From Epiperipatus broadwayi (lineage: Eukaryota; Animalia; Onychophora), in assembly GCA_028023455.1 (NCBI GenBank), contig JAQFVV010000007.1, forward strand, positions 5,146,001-5,210,000: a DNA stretch of 64,000 bases, given 5' to 3'. The position numbers were made by a program, and so were the translations under genes. The notes below the pieces were generated by a model, which ran no database searches, was not told the DNA's origin, and saw only the letters and a list, made by a program, of their open reading frames with translations. Positions 25,715 through 38,400 of the stretch are shown here, one piece after another; position 1 is the stretch's first letter, and each line of letters starts with the position of its first letter.

Positions 25715-28045
25715 ATTTTTGTAATCTTATAAAATAACCTACTAACATCAAATTATTTACTCTTATTTCTTTTTTTTGTTGTTGTTGTTGCATTTCACTA
25801 TTCATTATTTAAGAATAATGAATGGAGCACTTTGTTTTATATGTAAATGTATTTGTGTTTCACATATTGGTTTGTATAATCATTTCAAAACTCTTCCCTT
25901 ATATAGCAGTATTATTATTTTGTTTTGTATTTATCTTTTTATTTCTTTTAGAAGTGGAATGTTATTTCTAATTTGCAAATAGCTGCTGAAATGATGACGT
26001 AATATCTAAGAAAAACATTTGATCATCTTTCTCTGACTAATATAATTACTACCTTGACAATGTTACTGTAAAAGTTTTTTTTATTCTTTACAATTTTTAA
26101 AAATTACCATTTTATAATTATTGTAAATAGTTATTAGTCATTTCTTTATCATTGTTTCTATTCGAAATTACTTTTTAATCATTCTTTCTTTATATCATTT
26201 CACATTTTTTATCATTTTATTTCAAAATTTAAATGTTTAAATTTTTGTACATGTGTATGTGCACATATATCAGAATTTCTATCATTTGGTTGCTTTAATT
26301 TAATTTTTATTTTATGTTGTGTCTATTTCTGAAACACATTCATTTTCTTTTTAAAAATTTTACAATTTATAATATAAATACCATTCATGGTTTCTAACAT
26401 CTCCATGTAAATTTGTTTTCTTTTCTTACACTAGTTAGAATTTCGGTTTTATTTATATATAATATTTGTACTCTTAATTATAAAAAATATTTTTAGATAC
26501 TCTAAAATTAAAATTTCCCATCTTTTAAATTTTCTTATTATTTATATTGTTTTTTATTTGTCACATTTCTCCCCTTCAAACGATTTATTAATTAATTCAA
26601 TATGTATTTTATTTATCATTTTCCTACTACATCCTATAATAAATTATACCATTTTTTCCCCATTGTATTGTAATTGCCAAGTCAATAATTATAGTAATTA
26701 AAGAAAGCAATTATTTAAAAAAAAAAAACCATAATGAATAGTGGAATGTAAAAAAATAGGATAGAAAGTGTTAAGTAATTTGATTTTTATATGATTAGAA
26801 AAAATATTTAAGAAATACATTATAGAAGGTTTATTCAAAAATGTAATGAAAAAGTAAAAGATATATATATATTTAATAATAAAAGTGAAATTTGATAATA
26901 TAAGATTGTTTTATTTAATTACATACATGGATTTCTGAATTTAGGGAAATATTGCTATTCCTACAGTATGTGATCTATCTTAAGTTTCAAGATCTTGTCA
27001 CTATATGGTTCTTTAGAGAAAAAATCAATGAAGAAACTGATTGATATTGATTTAACATGTGACCTGTCTTAAGTTTCCCAATCTATCTGCCAGATAATGC
27101 TTTAGAAAAAAAAGGAATGGAATTTATTCATAAAAAATTAGATGTACATATTTATTTGTCCAGAAAAATGTGCAAAAAAAAGTAATCTATACAATGACTA
27201 TTGTGAGTGGGGCAAATGTAATTTATTATATCATAACACCAGAATTAACAATTTTTAAAAATAATTTTAAAACAAAGAATATTTTTTTTGTTTTTTAAAG
27301 AGTATTGAATTTCATCACACCCCACATCTCAAATCGCATTGGAAGATCAAAATCTTCATTGAATGTATTTTTTAAAAAAAAAAAAATTCTAAATTCATAA
27401 TGGAAAAGCTACATCTTTATAAAATTTAAACAACCATAAGTTTTACATTTTAATATATGATCTTTGAAATTATATTTTAAATATTGATTATACAAATTAC
27501 TATAGATTACTTTCTTTTGACCAAATATTTATGCATGCATTTAATTTCTTTTGGATTACTTTTTTTATTTCTTCTATTTAATACACTTATTACTGTAACA
27601 TTGGTGATATGAAACCAAATACAAATTCTAAAGAAAATGAGATGATAAATATAAAGGACAGCCATTCCAAGTTCATTTAAATATTGCAAATTTCAAGACA
27701 AAATATGTATCAAGATTTATTCATCATGTTCTTGATTGACATTAGAAATGTTTTCTGTATTTGAAGTTAATAATAATTTGTGATTATGTATTGATCACTT
27801 ATTACTATCATTTAACTGATTATGGGTTCCTTTTATTGTTTTGTAATTTTTTGAATGAATTCATATATACATTAAAATTCTTATAGATTACTTTTGGTTC
27901 TTTTCTAGCTAAAACACTACTTATAATAAATTCAATAATAATTTTTTAAATTTCTTATGGAATAATTTTCTCATGGCTTTTCTCACTAAATTGCCATCCA
28001 GTGGGGTAGGTAATGAAACTTAAGATAGATTACATAATATAATAG

Positions 28046-28769
28046 ACATCACCATCATTTTCAACCATAATTGATCTATTACTGGATGAAAATCTTTTCA
28101 AGTTCAGTCCATCTTCTCTGATTTCTAACCTCTCTTTTTTCACTGCAGCACACTTTGTTATTTCATTTATTTTATCTCACATGATTTATTACAATCTAAT
28201 GATATCCAGTTTATGATTTCAATTGTCCATCTATTATCTTCTCTTCTAGCAATATGTCCAACCCAACTCCACTTCAGTCTCATAGTTGTTTCAGTGATGT
28301 CAATAACACCTGTTTGTTCTCTTATCTTTGTATTTTATTTTTGATCTCTTCTTGTTACTTCTAACATGCATTTCTCCATATTTTATTGAGTGGTTTGCAG
28401 TCTCTGCATTACTGTTTTGTTAAGTGTCCAAGAATCAGGTCTGTAAGTAAGAACTGGTAAAGCGTATTTATTAAAAATCTACACATCTCCAAAAAATTTT
28501 ACAGCTGTTTTGCAAGAAGTATTTCATGGATTAAAATGAAAAGCTAAAAGAATAACAAGTAAATGGAGATTATTTAAGTCATCTATATTTTTTAGATGAT
28601 ATAGTTATTTTTGTAAATATTGTTTTAGAACTTCAGGAAATGTTGCAAAAGTTATCATGAAAGGAAGAAAGTAGGATTAAAGATAAATGCTAAAAAGACT
28701 AAGGTAATGTTCAATGGATTTTCTCAAAAGAAGATAAAAAGATTGATAAAGATGAGTTAGAAGGTAAGA
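28046..28769 (-). mobile_element. 5'-inverted RTE insertion with TSD
   Basis: RTE 3' end on minus (28046-~28475) followed by an upstream RT segment on plus (~28480-28769). Flanks ATTACATAATATAATAG (28029-28045) and ATTACAAATATAATAG (28770-28785). Confidence 0.8.
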
Positions 28770-29077
28770 ATTACAAATATAATAGTTAAAATTTAAATGT
28801 GTATATTTAGTATTAAGTTTATTAAGTCATTTTTTAGCAAGCAAAGCAATAAATAATTTGTCCAAAAAAATGGGAAAACAAGTTAAATGAGGGTGATAAG
28901 GATGTTAGATAGATAATTTCACATTACATGATCATCATTTCTTATACTTGCTCTTAACTGTTATTAAACCGGCAAAATTCTCTATACATATATTGCCACT
29001 CAGTGCAAGCCAGAGTAATCAATAAATGCCAGAAGGCTTGTGCATAAAATCTCCATCCAGTGCCTACTCATCCAATA

Positions 29078-29117
29078 TCCCAGACGAGTTTCTGGCTTGT
29101 GGCCTTCATCAGTGAGA
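29078..29117 (-). ncRNA. Type I hammerhead, family 2 copy B
   Basis: UCUCA-CUGAUGA-A-GGC-CACAA-GCC-A-GAAA-CUCG-UC/UGGGA. Confidence 0.75.
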
Positions 29118-29550
29118 AACCTTGCTCTGAGAGCACTGTACCTAGATCTTAGGATCTAATGCAACCCTCCAGCAGCCAACTTTTATCTCTATTTAACTAC
29201 TAAACTATATGTCTTAAATTGAAAACACTATAATATTTTCAATCCAAGCTCACCAGCTTATATAGTCATATAGATCTGACCTCAGTTTAGTATCTATACA
29301 TTTTTGTGTTTTTAGTTCTTTAATAACCCTAGACACCACTATTCTATTAGGCAGGATTGGTTTTAAGTCAATAAACATCACATGATCACCATTTCTTATG
29401 CTTGCTCTTAACTGTTATTAAAACAGGCAAAACTCTCTAGTGTTTTCAATTTAAGTCTCATAGTTTAGTAGTTAAGTAGAGATTAAAAGTGACTGCTGGA
29501 GGGTTGCATTAGATTCTAAGACCTAGGTGCAGTGCTCTCAGATCCAAAGC

Positions 29551-29592
29551 TCCTCAGTGATGAAGGCCATAAGCCAGAAACTAGTCTGGGGA
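29551..29592 (+). ncRNA. Type I hammerhead, family 2 copy C (C3G, probably impaired)
   Basis: UCCUCA-GUGAUGA-A-GGC-CAUAA-GCC-A-GAAA-CUAG-UC/UGGGGA. Confidence 0.7.
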
Positions 29593-29871
29593 TATTGGAT
29601 GAGTAGGCACTAGATGGGGATTTTATGCATAAGCCTTCTGGCATCCATTGATTACTCTGGCTTACACTGAGTGGCAATACATATAGAGAGTTTTGCCTGT
29701 TTTAATTTCACATTAGTAATAATTTAATGTAAATATAAAGAATAGGTCATGATTCAAATTTTGCCTAAAAATTGCCAATGTAAATTATTCATTTGTGACT
29801 GAAACATTCTTGAAACATATCTTTCTTTAAAATTTTGCATTTGGGCTTAAATTAAAAACATTATATAAGAT

Positions 29872-30489
29872 TTGAAATACCAGGCACTCTTAAACCTGGA
29901 GCCTAATTGTAAATATAGGGATTTGAACTCAGACTTTCAAGCCACTTCACTATCCACACTTTCTCATACTACTGATACACTTGATCACCCACATGGAGAA
30001 AAGATAAATAATCACCAATATACATATTTCAAATCTCAAATATGGTATTTCAAGTCTTACATATTAAGCCTGCATTCTGCCCATCCCTCTATGTATTTAA
30101 ATGGATATTGTCCTATACATAAGGGGTTAGAGTGACTTCAGGTCAACATGAGCATGACAACAATATTGTCATCAGCATGGAATTTTGGACTTCTATCTTC
30201 AGATTTTCAATGGTATGTATGGCGGAAAAGTTGGAGGTTGGAGTAGGTTGAAGTCTGTCCATTAAAGTGTAATGATTTGCTATCTTAATATAAACTGAGC
30301 ACTGATTATATATATATATATGTATGGGAGATTGTATCTGGACCAATTGATGAGTGCTGTCTTAGCATGAAATACAAATATTGGTGATTATTTATCTTTT
30401 CTGCATGTGTGTGATCATGTGTATCACTAGTATGAGATAGTGTGGATAGTGAAGTGGTTTGAAAGTCTGAGTTCAAATCCCTATATTTA
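29872..30489 (+). mobile_element. Family-3 hammerhead element with 122-bp inverted arm and probable tail
   Basis: 29910-30031 is the reverse complement of 30368-30489; an HHR sits at the inner edge of the right arm. Confidence 0.75.
30342..30385 (+). ncRNA. Type I hammerhead, family 3 (C3U)
   Basis: ACCAA-UUGAUGA-GUGCU-GUCUU-AGCAU-GAAA-UACAAA-UA/UUGGU; AUA cleavage after 30380. Confidence 0.72.
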
Positions 30490-33400
30490 AAAACATTATG
30501 GCAATCTCTATATTAAATAAAACAGTAAAATAAGAAATTAAGTGCATGCAGAAAAAAATTAGCAGAACAAACAAAAAAATAATCCAAATTAAATGATGAT
30601 AATAAATATTCGAAATATAATTTCAAAGATCACATATTGAAATGAAGAACTTAGTCGTTTTCTTATATTTTAAAAACATAACGTTTTTTGGTTCTAAAAA
30701 TAATTTCAGTGAAGGTCTTGATTCTTGAAAAGAGCTATCCTTCACTTAAATTGAAAAAAAAAAACTTCTTTCCTTAAACAGTAATTTTTTTCAATTTTAA
30801 ATTAATAATAAAAATATTTATTGTTAAAATATGATAAAGTAAAATACTATATATCTGATATACCCCATTTAAAATATGATAAAATACTATAGCCAGCTTA
30901 TTACCATCATTCTAATTAATAGATTGTTTTTTATATTATTATTTTGTTTTTTTAATTGATCAAATGTGTATTTTTATTTATTTATGACTTAATGTTGTGA
31001 TGTGATGCACTATGACTTCTCCTTATACGAAGTCAGGAATCTCTCAGCCACTATTTCCAGAGAAATCTGTTAATCACTTTACCTTCCTTTTCCATTCCCC
31101 ACCTTAAGTTTTCTTCTCTACCCTGCTCCATCCCATTCCTTACTTTTTTCTCAAGTGACATCTGGTAGATAAATTGTGAAACTTAATGTAGATCTTTTGC
31201 CATAAAAATATCATTGATATTAATAACTTTATATGTGTTTATTTAAATAAAATTTGAGGTTACCACATCAGCTATATAACTATCTGCTACCTAACTTATA
31301 CACTATTCAGTATATATAAACAAAACACATATTAAAATTTGTAAATTAAATGGATAACATTTTGCACATAATATTTTAGTAAAACCAGTCATCATTTTAT
31401 TTTTATGCAATGCCTTTTCTAAGTCTATCACAATATTAGCTTGTCAGCCATGTTTTTTCCCATCAATATAGATAATAAGTGTCATTCTTTCAAATGACAA
31501 AACTTTAAATATACCAATCACTTAGTAAACTTGTAAATTATTAAATTTCATATATTTTTGATATTTAATTTTTTCCACTTTAAAATGATGTGTTCACTGG
31601 GTTGTGACTAATTTTTTGTTTCATTGTACTGAATTACAAAAAAGTATGAGTCAGCCATTATTACACACTTCATCATTATGTGGGTTAATTAACATCGTAG
31701 AGTAAAGATCTCTTCACTAAGTATTAGGGACATAAATTTCATCTTACATTTTGTTGTAGTTTCTATTGCCCCATTTTGTGTTTAATCCTACTTCCCCCAA
31801 CTCCAATCTCAATTTTTGAATAAAATTAACAAAATTAAACTTAAAGATCAGACTGTGGTATAATATATACACAATCACTTAGAGACTTCTCTCATTATAT
31901 CAAATTTTGTAAATAAAAACAGTTCTATTTACAAATTTGATTGGTATTTGTTCTTTTCAGTGATTTTTAACTAAACATTATTTCTATCTTAAATACAGTG
32001 AATACACTTTTAAAATGCTCTTTGTTTTTTTATTTTGCAAAAATATAATTCAAAATTTTCACTTTTTTTTTTTAGTAATTCAGTGAATCATAATAAATAA
32101 TCAAATTGTTTATTACTTGGCAATTCATAAAAAATTCACATACAGGAAGTGACGAAGCAGAGGAGTAATCCATAGACTTTGCTCCTGAGCCCACACTTCT
32201 CATCCGCTGCATTCATAACTCATAAATACAGTAATTGTATAATTGTATAAATATTATCTATGTATATAATAGATGTAATAATAGTTATGAATTTGATTGT
32301 TGTTTTTTTATATAATGAAAAAAAATTATTTAAAACATAAAAGATGTCTGGTTTCTGGATTTGTGATTACAATTCAGCTTTTCTTCTTTGTGAAAGCTAT
32401 CAGGTAGAAAGTAGCTTAGGGATTTGATGATTATTAAAGCCCGTAATAAGTGGTTGTGATGTAAATAGTATGGATTCCTAATGCAACAGGATTTACTTTT
32501 AAGATAGTTAGGCAAATTAAATTACCTTCATTATTGTTAATGACTTTTTTTATAGTATACTAAATATCAGTATTCGATAGAATTAAAAATCAATTCTTAT
32601 GCAATGTTACGCATAGACCAAAATTATTAGAAATAAGGCTATTTTCATTTTAGACTTATGCTGTAATGGAAATATTGTTTTATTTGCCTCTAATTTACTT
32701 TAATTTGATTTTTGCATAATATTATATGTTATGTTACAAGCAGCACTTAATTCTTACATATTAAAATAAATCTTGTCTTTTAGCAAATGTAATCTAATGC
32801 TTGCTATGAACATGTCTGGCGTATATTATCAGAGCAAACCTGTCAAATAATATTTTTGAAGAAATATATCTTCCTCAAAAGTTCTTAATTGATATTTGAT
32901 CTGTAATTATATATATACGTTTTGCTTTACCCTGTTGTGCATGTTTATTGAAACTTTAAAATGCTGGACTGGAAAATTGTTGCTTTTAAAATATTTATAT
33001 GAACTAAAAATGCACTATCCATTTGCAAATTATTAAAAGTTTATAAACAGTAAAAAGGATTCAATATTTAAGTCAGAAATGTTAAAAAGATATTGAAAAT
33101 ACAAAAATCACTAAGAGCTGCAGAAACCATCCATCAGCTTGAATATTTATTGCTTTTAGCAAGTTTTGTCATTTCCAGTGCATTAACATTGAACACAAGT
33201 TTATAAATGCATATATATAGAAATAGGAAGGAGGTAAAATGCTGATAAAGAATAAGGACCGGATGTTGCTCATTTTAATTAAAATTATTAAGAAATTTAT
33301 CGCATATTTGCATGAGATAATAACAAGATTTGAGTTTATTAAAAATCAAAAAAAAAAAAAAAAGATGTTAATTTTGATAAATTCTGCTTATTAACAGCTT

Positions 33401-34039
33401 ATTAACAACAACAAAAAAAAAACAACAACATAAAACTGCTATATTGCATTGAGATAACAAAATTGACGTAGGTATTCCTTAACAGGATTATTTTAGATAA
33501 AAATTTTAAATTTCATCTTAACTACTTCACACATTTGTATAACTTGATTAATATTGATTAATAGCTATATTGTTTCAGCAACACTTCTCCTTTAAATAAA
33601 ACAATAGCCTAAATTTTTGCAAACCCATTGAAAAGGAAATTGAGGTTATTTAAAAAGGAGGAGTATATCTGAAGCAATATAACTATGGGCATTTCAAATA
33701 TTTTATATAGATTGCAGCTAGCGTTATGCATTGTTTCTATAATTTGATTAATGTATATCAAATTTTATTTCTTTCGACTAATCTAATAATGATGATAAAT
33801 TAATATTTCTAATAATATATATTCTGTTTTATAAATATTTCATCACCCTCTAACTATCCATTCTGAAATATCGACTTCAGACATTCATCGTGAAATAAGT
33901 ATGAAAATTTTAAAACTAAAGAAATTCAAGAACTAATATTTTGATTAAAGTGCATTGTTACTGCTTCCTAATTTGCAAGATATACTATAGTCCATATAAG
34001 ATAATCAGTATGTAGATGCTAACATTATTCACCTACTGC

Positions 34040-34601
34040 CAGGGCCAATCAGAGGGGGGACCATAGAGGCAGCTTCTCTGGTCCATGCAATATTAGGTGC
34101 CTCATCTTGGCAACTAAGTATATTAAACAAAATATAGGAGAAGGAAAAACAATGTCACAGCTCATAGAACAGTCTTAATTTTACAGTTAAATTCCTCAAA
34201 AAAGTATTCTAGAAAAACTTTTCCAAGCAGGCATACCATGAGTCAAAAATTTAAGCCAATTTAGGGATGAGGTGCCAATTTGATGAATCTGTGATGAAAG
34301 CAACTGCAGTGCTTAGCAATGGGTAGAACTAATAGTCTCAGTCCCTTTAAGTCAGTTCTGTGGTAACAGCTTTTACAATACTAACAGTGCTAGAGTGAAT
34401 CTACCCTATCCAAGCTGCTATCTGGATCTAATCTGCTTTGGTTGTTTCTGTGACTGGTAATTAACTGCTCCCATAGTCCTATTTTCAGGCCTGTAATTAA
34501 AAACTCTTATTTATTCTCTCTCCCCACATTCTTATTTAAAATTTTGAAGGACCTCTAAAATATTAGTTCCTCAGGCCTTACATTTTCTCTGAAAGGCCCT
34601 A
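34040..34601. mobile_element. hAT-type non-autonomous element (MITE), 562 bp
   Basis: TIRs CAGGGCCAATCAGAG / CTCTGAAAGGCCCTA; 8-bp TSD CCTACTGC at 34032-34039 and 34602-34609. Confidence 0.88.
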
Positions 34602-35125
34602 CCTACTGCAACATATTTGATATCCTAAGACTACAACAATTAATAAGGCTAAAATCCTAATGCTAACATTATTTACCTTTAAAATCAGCAACATTTTTTT
34701 TTTCTCATAAATATTAATAATTAAATTTTTTAAAACTAACAAAACTTAGATATTTGTAAGTCTACAACTATTAAAACTGCTAAAATAAACAAGCGAGCAT
34801 TATTTACCTATTGCAGTCTTTACCTATCAGAAACCTATTTTTCACATAGACTGTTTTACACAATGTGTTCCAGAGATATTAATTCTTTTTTTAAGTATTG
34901 ATGTGAATATTATTACCACACAGGATAAACTTAATGAATAAACTGTCACAGACATCATCATGTACTAAACCAATAAAATGTCACATGACACTTGCTTACG
35001 CAAATGTTACTTAGCAACAAATAAATTTCCAAGCCATATTATGCCACCTATTATAAACTTTAGAAATTAATAAATGCCAGATAGTAGTGCTTAATAAATC
35101 TCTAGCCATTGATGTCATATCGAAT

Positions 35126-35169
35126 ATTCTCAGACTAGTTTCTAGCTTATGACTTTTCATCAGTGAGGA
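35126..35169 (-). ncRNA. Type I hammerhead, diverged family 2 copy E
   Basis: UCCUCA-CUGAUGA-AA-AGU-CAUAA-GCU-A-GAAA-CUAG-UC/UGAGAA. Confidence 0.65.
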
Positions 35170-35566
35170 ACTTCAGATCTTGGAGTAGTGTACCTGGATC
35201 TTCTGCACCTGTTGCATTTATTTTAGTAACCATCTGTTACTTCTTTATGTTAGTATCAAACCACCAGCACCAACTGATAAATGCATTAATGTTTATAATT
35301 ATTAATAGATTTAGATCTGATTTCAGTTCTATATAACTATACAAGCACGTTGTTGTGTTTTATCCAAATTCAAGTGAATAGTGGTAAAAAACTAAAAGCA
35401 CTATAATATGTAGATGCTGAACTGGTTTCAGATCTCTATAACCCTACAAATGTGTTAGATTTATTGAAGACATTTAGGACTGATAGGTTGATAGTAAAAC
35501 AAAGAAATAAAACTGATGCTAGAGAGAAATGCATTAGAACCTGTTGCACTGCTCCAAGATCTAAAA

Positions 35567-35610
35567 TTTCTCACTGATGAAAGCTGTAAGCTAGAAACTA
35601 GTCTGGAAAT
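35567..35610 (+). ncRNA. Type I hammerhead, diverged family 2 copy F
   Basis: UUUCUCA-CUGAUGA-A-AGC-UGUAA-GCU-A-GAAA-CUAG-UC/UGGAAAU; cleavage after 35603. Confidence 0.7.
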
Positions 35611-37012
35611 ATTAGATAGAATAGCTTTAGATAGGGGATTTTTAAGCCCTTCCATGTGACATCAACTGATTATTAAAGCTGATGTTCAATAGCACAAAAT
35701 GGTAAGAAAAAAGAATTTGCTGCTGATAATCATATATTATTTTTATATGAATTCCACATTAATAAATTTTTATCATTTTAAATTGAATATAAAATTAAAT
35801 TTAAAACATTTTTACTTCTCATAAATATCAAATAATTAAATTTTTTAAAATTTAAATAAAGAAACTTAGCCATTTGTAAGTCTACAACAATCAAAATATC
35901 CCTTGTTTTTATTTAATTTAATAATTCCAAATAGAAAAATGTTAGGTGGGTATTATCTTTTATTCACTTTTAATTTATAACTTTATTTCACACCTAGTTT
36001 CTTGGAAAAAGTTTTTTGGAAAAATTGAAACATTTTTACTTTAAAATTCAATTTTTATTTTTTAATTTAGATTCAACTTTGGGCGTTTGGATACTATGTT
36101 AAAAAAAGTTTACAATAAATGCGTTTTGAATCGAGCTTAGCGCTTGACCTCAAATTTCTTTTTTACTGTATATTGAAGTTCTATATTTAATATCTAATAT
36201 CAGTTTCCCATTCTATTTTATAACCACAATTTTTTTCATATATATATATTATTATTATCTGGAAACATCTCTAATTGCATAATCCTATTCTATTAATTTA
36301 AGTAATTTTTTTTTTTTTAAAAAAAACTTAAATAAATATTACATTTATAAATGAATAGGTGAATAAATGGTTGTACTTTAATAATGCAATTTTTGGTGAG
36401 AGCAAAAAAAATCCTTCATAATTCTAAAACAAATCAATTATTTTAAAAAGGGAGATAACCTAAATTTTTATTTCAAATTAAACAATTCCTTATCCTTTTC
36501 AAACAGTATTTTTTTATTATTCTTAATACAAAATTAATTTTTAAGTCATTCTTTGAAAGATCTTATATTTTCCAACATTTATTTCATAATTAATTTTTAT
36601 TATATGTATATAATTAATCATTCCAATATATTGCAGTTACCTTTAATATTATCAAATTCACAATCTGGACAAACAACTTCATAAACTTGTTTACAATTAA
36701 AATGTTTTAATTGCTTATTGAATTGTCAGAAAGGAATCTAAGAGATTGGTTGAGAAGATTGTGAATTTGATAACTGAAATGATTAAATATTATTTAAAGG
36801 CAATGTTGAAAGATCATGTCAGAAAAAGCAAATTCTTTCAAAGATATAAGTAACAAAGAATATCTTTACATTAGGAATAAAAAAAACATAACAAAATAAG
36901 CTAATGGTTCGGTTTCATCTCTTATGTCAAAAAGATTTTTAAAAATGAGGGCTAAATAATTCAATAAGTTTAAAAACAGGGAAATAGTATAATTTATTTA
37001 AAAAACAAATTA

Positions 37013-37110
37013 GTCAAGCATTGATGGCCTAGTGGTTAGCATAGCTGTCTTCCAAGCAACTGGCCTGGGTTTGCTTCCTGGTCAATGCATTTGACATGAA
37101 AAAAAAAAAA
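37013..37110 (+). mobile_element. tRNA-Gly-derived mini-SINE
   Basis: GCATTGATGGCCTAGTGGTTAGCATAGCTGTCTTCCAAGCAACTGGCCTGGGTTTGCTTCCTGGTCAATGC with a TCC anticodon, the same GTCA leader and TTGACA trailer as the other copies, and an A12 tail. Confidence 0.82.
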
Positions 37111-38041
37111 TTACACCAACTTCTTTTTAAATCTTGTTTTTATATGACTATTATAAAAATAAAAGTGTACACCAATGTTTTGACTATTTAGTAATCTTTA
37201 TCAAGTAAACTCAAACCCTACTACAATAATAGAAAGGGTTTGAATTTCCTTGACAAAGACTATATTGTAAAATAGTTAAACAGTTTATACTTTTATTTTT
37301 TATAAGTTATATAAAAACAAGATTTAAAAAGAAATTAGTGTATTAATTTATATATATTGAAAGTTATGAATTATTTTTGAAAAGAAAACTGCGATGATGA
37401 TATTTTAAAATTGTTAGAAAACAAACTTCAGACAAATTAAATTAGTGGTGAGAACAATCAAAATTCCATAATAAATTGATAATAATTTACAGCAAAAACA
37501 TTCATTTAAATAAATTGTAGATAGATCTTGTCTGTCATTATTTAATAATGTAACTACCATTATATAATAAATTGAATTATAATATCAATAAGTGTATGAC
37601 AAAAATTTAATTTGCAAAGTAGAAAATGGGTTTGTTTTGTATGGACTATAATGAGTAGAAAAGAAAAAAATTGTCATTCAAAAGCAGAGAAAATGTTGTT
37701 GGTTTAGATAAAAAAAACATGGGAAAGATATATTAAGATGAAAAGCTTCCCTCTTCTTAAGGTTAGAGAAGTTATAATAAATTTGTTAAAAGAAAAAAAT
37801 ATAATAGTTAGATTTGAATTAGGAATAGGGTACTTACGTATTATCCATAAAGCATGCCATGTGTCATAAAGTATTTGTTTTTTTCTCAAAATTATTTTAT
37901 CGAACATGAGTTACTTGTTAACTTTAAGAAATATTAACAAATTGATTAAAAATTTATTTTAAGTTTTATAAAATATTAATAAATCTCTTATAAATTTCAT
38001 TCATAAGATTTAATTCCTTTTTTATGCATATTATAATGTAC

Positions 38042-38400
38042 AATGATAACACATTTTACCAAAAGTCTTTTCAGCAGAGGAAAAACAACAAGGGAGATAC
38101 TTTGATGGCTTTTTGTGTGGAGAGATTGGCGGGGCTTTACTGTAACTGTTGCACATAGAACAGTGCCTATTCCTTATAGATGTTATCAAAGAAAATGTCA
38201 CCTGGGAATCTACTATTTATTAGGATTGTTGAAAGGACTATTAAATTGAGGATTTACTCCATGCTAGATTTAGACATTTCAAAATAAATCACAGAGTGTA
38301 AGTTTGTGAATTTATATTTAATTAATTAATTACATTTTGAATTACAAGTGTCAAACTAACTCAGCTCACATCTTTGATATTGTATGATGAGTTCTGGTTC
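38042..38400 (+). pseudogene. Merlin (IS1595/ISXO2-like) transposase fragment
   Basis: From 38170 it translates FLIDVIKENVTWESTIY*DC*KDY*IEDLLHARFRHFKINH, resembling the Merlin 'IKENV.PGSTIYSDCWKAY...GF.H..VNH' block; a later DEFW resembles EFMWR. Confidence 0.6.

Larger units (their letters stand above)
28921..29706. mobile_element. Family-2 hammerhead element composite: copy B (minus, 28921-29360), tandem junction/tail (29361-29437) and copy C (plus, 29438-29706)
   Basis: CATGATCA recurs at 28927 and 29381 (454-bp period); C is inverted relative to B. Confidence 0.88.
35030..35700. mobile_element. Older inverted pair (E minus, F plus) of family-2-related hammerhead elements
   Basis: Both halves align by eye to family 2 around the ribozyme and to each other at lower identity. 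Confidence 0.7.
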
